From: Eledone cirrhosa
Taxonomy: Eukaryota
Reading direction: 5' to 3'
Length of the DNA stretch: 64,000 bases
NCBI GenBank assembly: GCA_964016885.1
Contig: OZ024740.1
Span: 381,796,001-381,860,000, forward strand
The position numbers were made by a program, and so were the translations under genes. Below, piece by piece: positions 1-14,142 of the stretch (position 1 is its first letter; every line of letters starts with the position of its first letter). The notes beneath the pieces are model-generated. The model was not told the DNA's origin. It searched no databases and saw nothing but the letters and a program-made list of their open reading frames with translations.

Positions 1-1246
1 TACGCATACATATACATATGTATGCATGTCGGTTTGCATGTATATACGCATACAGACGTACATCCATTAGTATTTACTTTGTTAATCTATGGCATTGTTT
101 CAAAAGATGACATTGATAGCTGCTGGGAAATGTAAGGTAAGATAACGAATAAAAGATAACAAATTAAATACGAAAAACATGAGAAAGCGTTGGAAATCTT
201 CTCCATAACAGCCAACTGGAATCTCATAGGTGTCAATATACTTTACTTGAAATATAATTCTGATTTTCTTAATGTTGTTATATTGTGGAAATAGCTTTGT
301 CAGTGTTGTCATGAGGAGGCTTCTGGGACATCTATCAATCTGTTTATACGTTTAACTATGTATTTGTTCTGATAGTATTGCTCGACACGTATAACATATT
401 ATCTGTTCGGAGTTCGCTTTTAGTTTTTCAGAACTTAGTTTTCTCATTGTGGTGACAATCCTTGTTCCTTTATTCGCTGTTCATTTTATATTGTGGTGTA
501 TTGTTATATTAGTCGAGTTGGACTGAAAACGTGACGGATAATGTTGAATAGTTTCTCGAGATTTGTCTTTCACCGTTTCAGTGTTTCACTGAATAAATGA
601 AAATGACATCATATTTGTGTTTGCTTACATTTGTACAATTACAAGAGTGTGGGATTAGTATTTTAATAGGCATAGTATAAAAACTGTTATTTTCAAGAAT
701 TGAAAGTAGGGTAAATAATAGATGTAAAGGAAGAGAAAATAAATCGAAGTGTTTTTAACGCAATCAGTTTCAAACACTATGTACTTATAAAGTAACTGTG
801 TAAAGGACATAATGTTATACCCGAATTTAATTTTTGTGAATATTAAGTGGGTTGCTGTATATCGAAGTAAGAAGCGATTGAAGGCAATATGAGAAAAATA
901 CGATGTGAATTTACATTACTTAGATATATATGTAATTCAATGATCTATTATTACTGAGCATAAGAAGTTTCTGTTACAAGGAAACAAAACCCAAAGGAGA
1001 ATATTTGAAGGAAATTAAACGCAAATATAGATATCATGTTTGGAAATTAAAATATATATATATGTACGATTTATATGGTACTGTTCGAGCTGAAAGTGGT
1101 AAGCTATTGCTGTATTCAATATGAAAAATATAAGAAAGTTAATTCGTAAATATAAAGTAGCAGAAACAGATATTCTCATTTAGATTGAGTGGATCATTTG
1201 TGTTAATAAACTCATGTTTATGATTAAAATGTATTTATTCATATTG

Positions 1247-1369
<123 letters not shown>

Positions 1370-1866
1370 AATCATTATCCATCGTTTTCCCTGGAATTTT
1401 TAAGCAATTCGGTGAGCAATCGATTTGAGACGATATTACATTATAATAATGTATTCATCCGTAACACCACATTGGATATTGTACTGCTTGTAAATGTATC
1501 TGGTTGAGCCATTAGTGGTCGAGAAAAATGATTGAATGTTATTGTTTACCGCTAATTAGACTGACAGCATTGATTATCCTAACGCAGTGCTATCTATAAT
1601 AGTTGCCTACCAGAGCACACATATTGCAGACTTACTGCTAGTGAGGTATCTATCAGTGGGGGCTATGGGGATTGTTCATGTTCCAAAATGCACTTAGTAA
1701 ATATGTCGGTGATATTGAAACCACGAGGCTATGCTATGTCAACAAAAACTTTAATGATTTCTGTGTTAATATTGTTGTTCACACTAGTATAATTCGTTTA
1801 GGTACTATCACTTCACTACTTTTTGAAAATGAGTATAGGATATGTTCTCTTTCCAATATATATATG

Positions 1867-1909
<43 letters not shown>

Positions 1910-1912
<3 letters not shown>

Positions 1913-2247
1913 TCGTCCACAGTATTCGCGGGGGTTACGTTCCGAGAACACCAGCGAAGAGTGAATAACCGCGAAAATTGGACGTGGTCCATTGAAATGT
2001 CTTTAAACGTCAAAATATAACGTAAAATGTAATGAAAAAAAGGGGATCGTCTTATGTGTAATGCTGTCCAATAGGCCGGCAAATACGGTATATTGCTATA
2101 AATAATTTAGCGTTAAAAATGCCATTAAAAATCGCGGAAGATATTTATGATTCCGCAAATAAGCGGTGGTTTCCACGAACAATTATTAGGTAGGTTCTAA
2201 AGAAAATTTCACAAATAACCGGGATCGCGAATGTCGTGGGTACAGTG
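1910..2247. mobile_element. Tigger/pogo-like MITE (Tc1/mariner superfamily, non-autonomous)
   Basis: Imperfect TIRs (cagtcgtccacagtattcgcg ... cgcgaatgtcgtgggtacagtg), TA on both sides, inside a (TA)n tract. Confidence 0.6.
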
Positions 2248-2857
2248 TATATATATATATATGATGATGGCTGCCCCCTCGTTATACCATTAATAATGAT
2301 TAATTAACTCTATCGGGCAATGCCTGTGCGTGAAGATATTTCTTAAAGTGAGGAAATACTGTGCACTGAGCCAATCCCACTCTCTGAGCGACAGTAGCTA
2401 TAACCCGAAAAGTAGAAAAGATCAACATCATCGGTAACTACTGAGTCGCAGGTTTTATATCGGAGTTATCCCAGTTTGCTGAGTTACCTTCTCCTAGAAG
2501 AATGCCACACGTCGTTATACGAGGATGAGCATATTTTTATTGAGAATATCAGAGACCACACTGAAAGTAAATTATACTGCATCCATATGTGCAGGTTTGT
2601 ATGAGTGGTTGACTGTATTTCGACATTTATATAAGATGAAATTGGTTATAGTATTAGGAGCAACGAGGCAATTTCCGAAGAAGTGCGTATATTACATCGT
2701 TTAACAAAATTTTGCCATAGTTATAACATTGAAATTCTCAAATGGTTTATATCAATTCACAAAGCAACATTTATATATAGTACAGAACTGATGGTATAGA
2801 TACCCACATGGAAGCATGTGCACACACACACACATGTAATATATGTATATTATATAT

Positions 2858-2985
2858 CAGATTCCTGATGATTTCTAAAGAATGAAACAGTTCTAGTCCT
2901 GTAGAATCTCATCTATATAAAAACTTTTATACTCTGCTATGTATTGAGTACTTACTGTGGTTACCTCGATTCAACCCGGAATAAC
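2858..2985 (+). mobile_element. Short PLE-type terminal fragment, family A (HHR plus tail) in (TA)n
   Basis: Near-identical to the reverse complement of 6875-7002; flanked by TA repeats; contains an HHR. Confidence 0.75.
2859..2909 (+). ncRNA. Type I hammerhead ribozyme, family A
   Basis: Stem I agattc/gaatct; core ctgatga (2865-2871); stem II t-ttc-taaa-gaa-t; gaaa; stem III acag/ctgt; predicted cleavage GUA after 2903. Confidence 0.8.
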
Positions 2986-2986
2986 G

Positions 2987-3077
<91 letters not shown>

Positions 3078-3169
3078 CACACACACCACACACACCACAC
3101 ACACGCACACACATATATATATATATTTATATAAATATATATTGATATATATCTATATTATATATATAT

Positions 3170-3215
<46 letters not shown>

Positions 3216-3240
3216 TATATGTGTGTGTGTATAAAGAGAG

Positions 3241-3325
<85 letters not shown>

Positions 3326-4050
3326 AGTGGGGAGGGATAAAGATTGATAGATAGATGTAGATAGTTAGATGAAATTGTGTGTGTACGAGTGTTTATATAC
3401 ATATATCCGTGTAGAGAAAGTAATACAAAAGGGTGATAAAGTAAGTAAACTAACAATTATCTTCTCTTGACAGTCAGTAGCGAAAATCACATTTCTGTCA
3501 ATTTCTTTGCTCTTCTTTTACTTTGAAAACATTCCATCATTCCGATGCTTTTTACCCCGGAGATTCATCTGGATAAACATTATCTCAGTGGTTATAATAC
3601 CCATGTGGTTGAAAGACGCCAGATAAATTCTATCTACGATGGAATTCCATAACAACTTGACGTATCATAATTTATTTTTGCTTAACTCTGTAATTCATTG
3701 GAAAATTAGCAATGCCAATATAACTGATTAATTCGGGTAGCTGGCCGAGGGCACAATTATTATTGGCACCTCATTTGTTGCTTGGAATGTGTTTCATGAA
3801 AGCCGACATTAAGATTAGAGGCACTCTAGACGAATATACAAACAAATACAACCTACACATATACATACTTATATAGTTATAACAAGAGAAGTCGGTTGCT
3901 AGGGACATAGATAGATACATAGATATGGAAACTATCGCACACGAACACAAAGACCCAAACACAGATAAACATACACGCACTAGCACATACCGACACACAT
4001 ATATGTGTATGTATATAAACATAGTAATACGCACACACCCATAACAGACA

Positions 4051-4182
<132 letters not shown>

Positions 4183-4264
4183 TTATATTTATATATATAT
4201 ATATATATATGTAAAATTACAAAATGTGAATAAATAATAGACAAAACACCCTAACCATGAATTA

Positions 4265-5256
4265 GGAGGTTTGTTCCAAAGGTAAGGGTACTGATATTTT
4301 ACTTAATCGTATACCTGATGTACATGAAATTATAAGTTATCTCCTTCAAAATACGAACCTTGCGAAGTCATACAGAGGTTCCAGCGTATTTTCTATTGAT
4401 CATAGCAGTACTGAAAGTCAATTTCCGTGAGTGCCCTTAGCTGGTCGAATACAACATAGATTTCAACTTAGGGAAGAGTTAGAAATCAAAGGTGCTAGAC
4501 CTGGGCTATAGGGAGAATGTGGAAGGGTGGGAATATTTTTCGTATGTCACTGCTCGCTTTGCCATTTGTTTTGTAGATCGCACTGAAACACCTATGATTC
4601 ATCTCCTGTTATTACTTTATACAAGAAATGCGGCTTAATTGAGAGTTTTTCTTTCAAACCCTGACAAATTTCCAACCAGATAGATTTTAGCTCCACGAAC
4701 AAGCTGAGCACTAGTTTTGCACAAATCTTGTGCATGTGCAAATTGTTTGATCAGATTCTCTGAACTACTTGTTCATCCAAACCTATTTCTTCAGCAATCA
4801 TCATAACACTTAATCAGCGATCTTTCACCTTCACTGCTCTCACAACTTCTACAATTTGTTATTTTGTTGACGATAATGCCATTCCAGAACGAAGTTCGTC
4901 TCCAACATTTTCTTGGTACTCTTTAAAAGTTTTGCGCCACATAAAAACCATACTTTTCGATAGAACTCGTGTTAAGTAATTAAATGTCTCGGTGTCAGAT
5001 TTGTTGAGATTCACTAAAGATTTGATCGCATACCGTTGTTCGATATTTTCTTGCATCGCAAATATAACAGAGGTTATAAACACGTCTGTCCATAAAGAGC
5101 AATAACTCAAGACTGAGTCAATCCATCATATTGAAACAAATATGCCTCTGCAGGAGAGGTTATACCTAACTGTCTATATAGATATCTGTGAAGGTGGTGC
5201 TGCGTTACTAAGTCGCACATAGGAAAATCAGTGTACTTACTTTTGACAAAACCTGT
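4265..5256 (-). mobile_element. Degenerate, internally deleted mariner transposon
   Basis: ORF 4859-5110 resembles the mariner HTH N-terminus (EQRYAIK...W.K.FKE..E.V.DE.RSG); minus strand near 4340-4530 gives decayed YSPDLAP.DF.LFPKLK and RWNLCMTSQGSYFEGD; TIRs gaggtttgttccaaaggtaag / cttacttttgacaaaacctg, each next to TA. Confidence 0.85.
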
Positions 5257-5291
<35 letters not shown>

Positions 5292-5359
5292 ATGTGTGTG
5301 GGTGTGTGTGTATGCGTGTGGGTATGTGTGTGTGTGTGTGTGGAGGGGGGTCTTCGTGT

Positions 5360-5398
<39 letters not shown>

Positions 5399-5812
5399 TG
5401 TATGTGTGTATGCGTGTATCCCAATGTGTTGATCCTTATACAAATGTCACCAGTATCCTAAAAGTGTCAGATGTGTAGGGCGATCTATTTATTTTGCTCA
5501 ACATATGATATTTATCACTTATTCTTTAAAGACTGTCACTGAAACTATAAAATGCCCCCCCCCCCCCCCCCCCCAAAGAAATTATTTCTGTCCCTTGTCC
5601 TGAAATAAAAGCTTTGAAACACGAGAATTATGGTGAATTCCTGGATTGCTCTTCGTGAAAATTAGGAGGAAAGTATTTATAGTGATTCCATAGAATATTT
5701 TTATGTAAGAGAGATTGCATAAACTATCATTTTGTTGAGTAACAAGCAATAATATATAAGTTAGTAATGTATAGCTACACCAGATGATATAATAAATCAA
5801 TATAAAATTCAT

Positions 5813-5975
5813 AATTGTTTCTAATTTTGGCACAAGGCCAGCAATTACCCAGTGAATTACTGGGACTTTATTTTATCAACCCCGTAAGGATGAAAGGCAA
5901 AGTTAACCTCGGAGGGATTTGAACTCAGAATGGCAAGGGCCGTAACTCTATGCGTCAAAGCATGGCGCCCGACCC
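5813..5975 (-). mobile_element. tRNA-derived SINE, main family, 5'-truncated
   Basis: B-box gagttcaaatcc, central tttgcctttcatccttacggggt(c/t)gataaaataaagt domain, tail ggccttgtgccaaaa.tagaaacaatt. Confidence 0.9.
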
Positions 5976-6832
5976 CAATGATATATAACAAGTTGATATT
6001 GGTATTATTTTTGAGAATCATGACATTGATACGAAAACATCATCGGATCATCAGGGAATGGTGCAGTAAAGTCAACATTTTTGTGTTGTTTACTACACAC
6101 AAGTCTTTGGACCACAGTCAGTTCCGATTAAAATACCTATGAGGAAATAGCGTTCCAGCACCAACTATCGAGTCGCAACTTTGTAGAAGCTAATTAATTT
6201 GAAGAAATATGTCTGCTAATTCTATCAGGCTGAATGAACATGTATAGACACCATAATAGGATCGAAGACGTATGTTGTTTATTTCTCTTTTTATATAATA
6301 TATAATTGCGCTTAAAATTGTCTCACATACTTTTTTTCTTATAATTCCAGAGCTAACATCTGACTTGTAGTTACGTTGTCTCTACAGATTTGGAAATGAA
6401 TATAGGAATAAACCTATATTTCCTGACCTTTAAATGATCGATTTATTAATTAATTGATATTTCACAAGCGATGCTTGCGTACAGTCGAAGGAAACGAATA
6501 CTGAAACAGGTGGAATTATGAAACAGACTAACTTTAAACGGCTGAACACGAGACATTTTACTCGTAATACAATTTTCATTGAACGCTAAGCCTTCTTTCA
6601 TCTTCTGTATAAATCTATTTAAAAAATCAATATTTATTCATTGATTTCTATCTAACTTTATTTTTTTAGTTATTTGTTTTCAGATTAATAAAAAAGATTC
6701 CCAAATAGTAATTTCTTAAACGAAATTATTATGAATAAACTCACGCCCACACACATATTTTAGAAATATATTATATATATATATATATGTGTGTGTGTGA
6801 GTGTGTTGTGTGTGTGTCTGTGTGTATGTATG

Positions 6833-6872
<40 letters not shown>

Positions 6873-6956
6873 TAAGTTATTCCGGGTTGAATCGGAGGTA
6901 ACCACAGTAAGTAAGGTACTCAATACATAGCAGAGTATAACGTTTTAATATAGATG

Positions 6957-7002
6957 AGATTCTACAGGACTAGAAGTTTCATTCGTGAGAAATCATCAGG
7001 AA
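6957..7002 (-). ncRNA. Type I hammerhead ribozyme, family A, copy 2
   Basis: Minus strand reads ttc ctgatga tttctcacgaat gaaa cttctagtcctg ta gaatct. Confidence 0.7.
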
Positions 7003-7023
7003 GCTCTGTGGTTACCTCCGATT

Positions 7024-7156
7024 AAATCGACCTCAATGCGTGACTTGTACACCGTAATGATGAAGGGCAAAGTCAACCTTGGCGGGATTTGAACTCAGAA
7101 CATAAAGGGCCATAACTCCATGCTGCAAAGCATGTTGTCTGACGCTCTACCGATAC
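7024..7156 (-). mobile_element. tRNA-derived SINE, truncated, with 18-bp flanking direct repeat
   Basis: SINE body flanked by ctgtggttacctccgatt at 7006-7023 and 7157-7174. Confidence 0.85.
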
Positions 7157-7200
7157 TGTGGTTACCTCCGATTCAACCCGGAATAACTTATATCTATCTA

Positions 7201-7257
<57 letters not shown>

Positions 7258-7275
7258 CAATATGTATATATCTAT

Positions 7276-7450
7276 CTAAGGCGGGTAAAATTCCCGAGAT
7301 CCATGGACGAGTTCTCTCCAGCGGTCTCTGTCCCTCATTATCGCTGCCATATCCTGCATCTCCAACAGACCAGTGTCTGTCCTTAGGGCATCAACATATG
7401 TTAACCTTGGTCTTCCTCTTCTAGTGTGTCCATGTAGGGGCTCCCAAAGG
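7276..7450 (-). mobile_element. RTE-like LINE 3' end fragment in (TA)n
   Basis: ILWEPLHGHTRRGRPRLTYVDALRTDTG...MRDRDRWRELV matches the RTE-group ORF C-terminus pattern (W.P.G.R.RGRP...W/Y.D...DR..WR). Confidence 0.8.
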
Positions 7451-7457
7451 ATATATG

Positions 7458-7514
<57 letters not shown>

Positions 7515-7859
7515 TAGTCTTATACAACACTATTCAAATATTTAACTATCATCACTGTCAGATAATTAATTTTCCTCTGTGAAACTTGATCTTTTACCGA
7601 CGAAAGAAAATAATATTGAAAGACGATTAATAATTAAAAATAGATTATCATACACAATTCTGCCAGAGTGATTTATTTGTAAAGTTTATTTTTCCTATTC
7701 CTTTGTTTGTAATTTTTTTTGTTTGTTGCTCTTGTTTACTTAAGTTGTTACAGGAAATATTGGCTTCATTTATTTTAGTTTTCATTGTCATTCCTCGTAC
7801 CTCTACTCTTCTTCTTCTCTTTGTTCTTCCTCCTCCACCCCCCCTCGTTTTCTTCTTTT

Positions 7860-7879
7860 TATCATTATTAGTATTGTTG

Positions 7880-7963
<84 letters not shown>
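7860..7963. repeat. (TTA)n microsatellite
   Basis: Read directly from the sequence. Confidence 0.95.
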
Positions 7964-8365
7964 GGGAGGTGAATTGGCAGTATCGATAGAGCGTCAGACA
8001 CCATGCTTTGCAGCGTTCTGAGTTCACATCCCGCCGAGGTTGACTTTGCCTTTCATCCTTACGGTGTCGATAAAATAAAGTACAATTCACGCACTGGGGT
8101 CGATTTAATCGACTTTCCCCTCCCCCAAAATTGCTGGTCTTCTGCCTATATAAGAAACCATTATTATTGGGGATTGGCATTATCGGTAGAGCGTCCGACA
8201 AGATGCTTTCAGGCATTTGGCTATGTCTGTCTACGTTCTGAGTTCAAATCCCAATGGTCAACTTCGCCCTTTATCTTTCAGAGGTCGATAAAATAAAGAA
8301 CTGGTTAAGTATTGAATCGATATAATCGACTTTCTCCTTGCCCGAAATTCTCTGGGCTTGTGCAA
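7964..8365 (+). mobile_element. Two adjacent tRNA-derived SINEs (7964-8160 and 8169-8365)
   Basis: Each has A-box tggcagtatcg(g/a), B-box gagttca(a/c)atcc and the central domain; both abut TTA repeats. Confidence 0.88.
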
Positions 8366-8434
8366 GTGCTAGTTGTTGCCACTGTTGTTATAGTTCTTGT
8401 TAAACATTATATGATATATTGAAAAAATGTTCAA

Positions 8435-8547
<113 letters not shown>

Positions 8548-9529
8548 AGGGGGATATAATCTCGGTTATGGTCCCTTTCATTACAGAACAATGAAACCAT
8601 TAGTATTATCGATAAACTATAAAAATTCCCATATTATCGTTATGAACAGCAACGGTAATTATCAACTTAATCACTAATAATTTTAATCCAGTATGGTCTT
8701 TTTATAAAGTTGCTATTAGTTTCATTTCATTTTATCTTATTTATTTGTTTCATATATTTCTAATCTCTTTTAAAACTTTAAACCAGAATATTCATTAATT
8801 TAAATCCAACCTCCAATATCTTAGAACTTCTAAATAATGTGATAATAATCTTGCTGGCTATCGCTGCATATGAAATAGCATAAACAATACGAAACACAAT
8901 TCGAATTTCCAAACCACCAAACTTAATCTGAATTGAAAATTCTTCTCATTTATTTGGTGTTATTTGGTTGTTGAAATTATTATTATTATTATTATTATCG
9001 TTGTTGTTGAGTCTTTCGAATCGTGTCCTATTTTCAATTATCTGTGTATTGTATTGAACATGTGTTACTGTTTTATAGTTAAACTACGAAAACAACCATC
9101 AATACAGACCAAACTTCGTACTAATAAGTAGGACCAAGATAGAACTGGTGGCTCTCATATTTCGAAAAGAAGATATCGACAGAAAGAGGAGGAGATCTTT
9201 GTCACCAGCTCCATCAAAGTGCCACATAGATTAATGATGGTGAAACGTGTACTAAATACTTATAGAAACATTCGGGTGAGCTACATCATTTGCCGTGGAG
9301 ACCGCTAGATTAACAACAACTAAAAGAAACCTCGCCAAGGAAACAGATCGGACTTGCCAATCTCCACAGTACCCGGGGTGTAGTGACTTGTTTCTCTATT
9401 GAGTAGCCAGTCTACGTGGCTGTGATAAGAGTAGGATACATAAATATACCTGGCCTCGAGTCATGCTGTAAGCAAGGTCACTTGCTGATCGACCTCGGCA
9501 TTATCCTCCATTTTGGAGGACTTTGAGTT

Positions 9530-11135
9530 CTTTGCATCTATTAGTCCGTCTGGAAAGATTTCGCGAATGCGCCAGTGTACATCTGGATCAACCGCATAGG
9601 GTCATCCAGATAGTATATAGATATGCTTTTCATTAGATCAGCAGACAGGAATAGCATATGTTGTCCACGTTTCCAAACCGTCACCTATTTATATCAGAAA
9701 TTTGTGATCTGCATGGTTGACCTAGTACACGCAGGCATCAACCTGGTGGGATTTCTTAGCTAAATTACATGAGGCGTTTAGAAGTGGAAATACAACCGAC
9801 GTGCAAGCGAAAAACGATGGTTGCATTGTCAGAGCTATGGCATGTGCTTTAAGAGACGAGAGAATGAAAGCAGTCCGATGTGTCCGATTAGCGATGTATT
9901 ATAGAAAGGGTAGGGAATAAACCTGGCTTCACTAGAGCTGTTATCAATTTGGGATTTGATAGGTTTGACCGTCAATACCTGGACGCTGTCCTTAAGGCAA
10001 CCGGCTTCGGTTGGGTCTTCTGAGGCTGTATCGCTGCAATGCACAGTAACATCTGCTCAGTGATGACAGTCAATGGCCATCTATCGTTACATTGCCGGAA
10101 CGCGCGCTCAGGCCAAATGATGCACTATCTTTCTCCTCCTGTATGTATAGACCCTCGATCCGCTACTGCTGAAGCTCGAACTTTCGCAGCGTATCCCACC
10201 GAACCAGGCCATAGAAATGTCATTGAAATCGTGGTGGTTATAACATTTTATGGGAATAACAAATGTTGATGGATGAAAGAATCAACCTGGAAATGTCACT
10301 GGGTTTGCATCCCGGCACCTGGAGAAGCAAATCAATGCTGTTCGACACCCTGTCGGATGTTCGACACCCTGTCGGATGTTCGACTGGAAAACGGGTGAAG
10401 TTGTTCGGAGTTCGGTTTGAAACAAACCTCCAGGAGGAAGGACCTGCGAAAATATGACGAGCAGGGTAGCTACTCTCATCTAGAAATGTGCCGAGAGGAA
10501 TCTATACCTGAAACTTCAATTAGAGATGGAAAACGCGTACATCATGACCGTCATCTATTACTGCCTGACAGTCCTGTCTTGCTCGAGTTCTTGGCTCACC
10601 AAATTGGAGCGGCTACTTTTCAACTTCTTGTGGAAAATTCAGGTTTCATTGGTGAGGTGGTTCATCGATTGCCAGTACCCTCTACCCGGAAGGCTGTGTG
10701 GGCCGTGTCTGATGGTGCTTAAATATGCCCTGAGGTTACGGGAGCTATTCCTAAACGTTGAGCATGTGTAGTCACCGTTTGGAGGGCATTTCGATCCGCA
10801 GTTCTACTATTTGATTGAGGTGACGTCAGCCGTCCAGCGAAACCAGAAATGGGCGTTTGAATCTGAAATGATGTTACGCGCTAACCGTGTGAATGGGCCC
10901 ACTCTGACCATATACCTGTACGCTGGATAGTTTGGAGAAGAGTGGGGCTCCCTATGGAGCTCTTGGAAAGTAGGGTGGTTTAGTATTTGTGTGTTTTCTG
11001 AGTTTCTCCTGTATGGTACTCCACTCCTATTCGGAAACTTCACAGTTATTTAATTTATTGTTATAATTTTTTACTTAATTTTTGTAACCCCCCACATACC
11101 CCTATATTTGTGACCTTGTGGCCATTAAAGAAATA
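9530..11135 (+). mobile_element. Degenerate Tx1/L1-like LINE (RT region to 3' end)
   Basis: Frameshifted RT motifs (TGFG..F..IAAM.S...V..VNGHLS; INLEMSLGL..GTWRSKSM; VKLFGVRF; NAYIMTVIYYCLTVL); homologous to 47230-48937 with the same 3' terminus gtggcca.taaagaaat. Confidence 0.75.
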
Positions 11136-11164
11136 ATAATAATAACTATTATTATTGTTGTTAC

Positions 11165-11378
11165 GGCGGTAGATTGGCAGTATCGGTAGAGCGTCGGACA
11201 CTAGGCTTTGCGGCATAGTGTCACGGGCCTTTGCGTTCTAAGTTCAAATGCCACCGCGGTTAGCTTTATGTTTCATCCTTACGTGGTCGATAAAATAGAG
11301 CACCAGTAATGTACAGGGGTCTATTTAATCGCCCCCACCCCGCAAATTACTGGCCTTGTGCCTAATGTAAAAACAATT
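11165..11378 (+). mobile_element. tRNA-derived SINE, main family
   Basis: A and B boxes, central domain and tail present. Confidence 0.88.
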
Positions 11379-12270
11379 GTTGTTGTCGTCGTTGTAGGAA
11401 GTGGAAAGAGGTGACGATTAAAGTAATCGGTCTCAAACCAAAATGAACCTTAAGGAAGTTATCTCTGCAAAGTCCTTTTTTCAAGATCTAACTTACAAAA
11501 CTGTTGGTATACTAAAAGCTATAGACAATGACACTGGCTCAGGCTGATACACAGAGACAAAACTGTATATTGCTTGTTTCCGAAGCGAATTTGTAATCTA
11601 CGTAATAACAAATGCAGCTGTACACACGCACAGAAACCTACATACACATATACAGACAGACAGACACAAACACACGAATATACATACATATCATACATAT
11701 ACATGGATGTATATTTTTGATATGTGAAATGCACAGTCTGTTGGGTGTATCTGCTTCCTAGTTAATCTGTAATTTTATAAATGCAAAAGTCTCTTCTCTT
11801 CATGGGCTACTCTGATGAACTGCTTGATTACACTCGGTTCGTCCATGCTGCCACGAATTCCAAGAATCCGGCCTTCTGCTTTAGGGTGGGTTTCGACATA
11901 GCTCTCTCTTAAAAAACCTTAGGTTTCGAGATACTTTGCTGAAATAAAAACTGTCGTTCTACGTTTAGTAGTACAGTGGACAGGATCTGATAGATGCTCT
12001 TTGAGTTGTTTTTCTGTGGGAAGACAAAATATTTCTCCACTATCAGTAACTCTCATCCTACACCATAGTGCCTTTAACAACGCCATCATTTGGGACACAA
12101 TCGAGCTCCTTTAGAATTGGTTCCCTCATATTGAACTTTGTTGTTGGGAGGGTCGGGCAGACGAAAGCATTGTTGGGTTCTTGTTCCTGCTCAAGGGATA
12201 TAAAAATATCGTGTATGAAATATTGAAACTGACGTAAAGCTGTGGTATCAAACACACACACACTCATATA

Positions 12271-12353
<83 letters not shown>

Positions 12354-12359
12354 AATAAA

Positions 12360-12439
<80 letters not shown>

Positions 12440-13010
12440 TGGTCATATATCTGTATGTATAATTGTATATAATTTTCTTATTAAAAATACTAATCTCTAT
12501 CAAGAACTGCAAAAAAAGCAGTTATTATGAGTTATTGAAAGAGACGTACTTTCGCTGAAATCATTTTTCATACTTACTCATAAAAAATAGATTTATATTT
12601 TATTGCTTTTGCTTTCAGTATTTATTAATTGCCAATTTTTGTGTGTATTATTGAGAAGCCATTGAAGTGAAATTCATTGTCTAGTGAAGAACATCATCAT
12701 CATTAAGAAAAACTTCACCATCTTTGCTGGGAGATAAACATTCAATCGGTTCACACCTAAAAGAGCAGGTTAGTAGAACAAAATATTCTTTAAAAAATAG
12801 AATATATACGTAGAGGGGATAGCCTAAACAGAGAATAGAATATGTATTGGATAGTGAATGGAATTTGTACAAGGTAGAGATCAGAATAAGTAGAAGAATG
12901 TTTGATGGGTAATGCTAGTCTAAAGAGAGACACCAGGAGCAAAGTACAAACATTTAAATGAAACCACTTTATAAATTACAGGTGTGTATTTTCGATATTA
13001 TTCTAGTAAA

Positions 13011-13400
13011 GGGCGGTGGTTGGCAGTATCGGTAGAGGGTCGGACGCCATGCTTTGAAGCATAGAATCACCTCCCTTTATGATCTGAGTTCAAATCCCGC
13101 CGAGGTTAACTTTGCCTTTCATCCTTACAGGGTCGATAAAATAAAGTACCAATAATACGCTGGGATAATTGATGGCCTTGTGCCAAAAGTAGAAACAATT
13201 ATTTTAGTAAAGGGCGGTGGATTGACAGTATCGATAGAGGGTCGGACGCCATGCTTTGCAGCAAAGAATTACGGCCCTTTATGGTCTGAGTTAAAATCCG
13301 CCGAGGTCAACTTTGCATTTCATCCTTACGGGATCAATAAAATAAAGTACCAGTAATGTACTGGGTAATTGCTGGCCTTGTGCCAAACGTAGAAGCAATT
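13011..13400 (+). mobile_element. Head-to-tail SINE dimer (13011-13200 and 13211-13400)
   Basis: Two full-length copies; attatt(c/t)tagtaaa occurs before, between and after them. Confidence 0.92.
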
Positions 13401-13865
13401 ATTTTAGTAAACGGTGAACCCTTAAAAATTAAAGAGCAGACTTTTACTCTGTGTGATTAAATTAAGAACATGATATAATAATGATAATCGTGGGTGTGAA
13501 ATTTTATAGCGGCTCCCCTCAACTCTCCAGGTCAAAATAAAAGCGGTTTTTAATGGACTAGGACTTTTTAGCGACCTCGAACGGATGTGATGTAATTTTG
13601 ACCTCTATGTGTTTAAACGTAGACCGCTTACAGCCGGAACAAATAACACAAAGCGTTTTCTTCGACGTTCTAGCGACTCTACCACACGGCCGTCTTTGAA
13701 TATCCGTAAAGAATTCAGATCGACCCCGGTATATTTTTGTAGTGACTGGTAAATTTGTCGTTCGCGTGTTGTCGAGACGCTAGGTTACATGACAATACAC
13801 AGACACAGATTCAAGCGTGAATGCAGATATCGACAAACACACACACACACATCTATCTCACTCAC

Positions 13866-13928
<63 letters not shown>

Positions 13929-14078
13929 ATATATATATATAAATATATGCAAAGTTTTATTTAAATTGTTGGGTTACAACGAGTAAATAATTATAACTGA
14001 TATAAAAGCACTCAACAAGTATTTGGAGTATATTTACGATATTAAATAAATGGAAACTATATTTATAAAACCATATTT

Positions 14079-14142
14079 ATTTCATTATATATATTTCAGG
14101 GATATCATATTAAAAATATGGTATGCCTTCATCAGACAAAAT
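14079..14142 (-). ncRNA. Type I hammerhead ribozyme, family B
   Basis: Reverse complement of 14823-14886. Confidence 0.75.

Larger units (their letters stand above)
6871..7190. mobile_element. Family A PLE-type fold-back insertion interrupted by a SINE
   Basis: 6875-7002 is a minus-strand copy of 2858-2985; an inverted copy of the distal tail is split between 7006-7023 and 7157-7190; (TA)n on both sides. Confidence 0.75.

Noticed and set aside
11760-12230. Coding-like minus-strand tract, possibly a LINE ORF1 relic
   Set aside because: Multiple stops and no motif I can assign confidently
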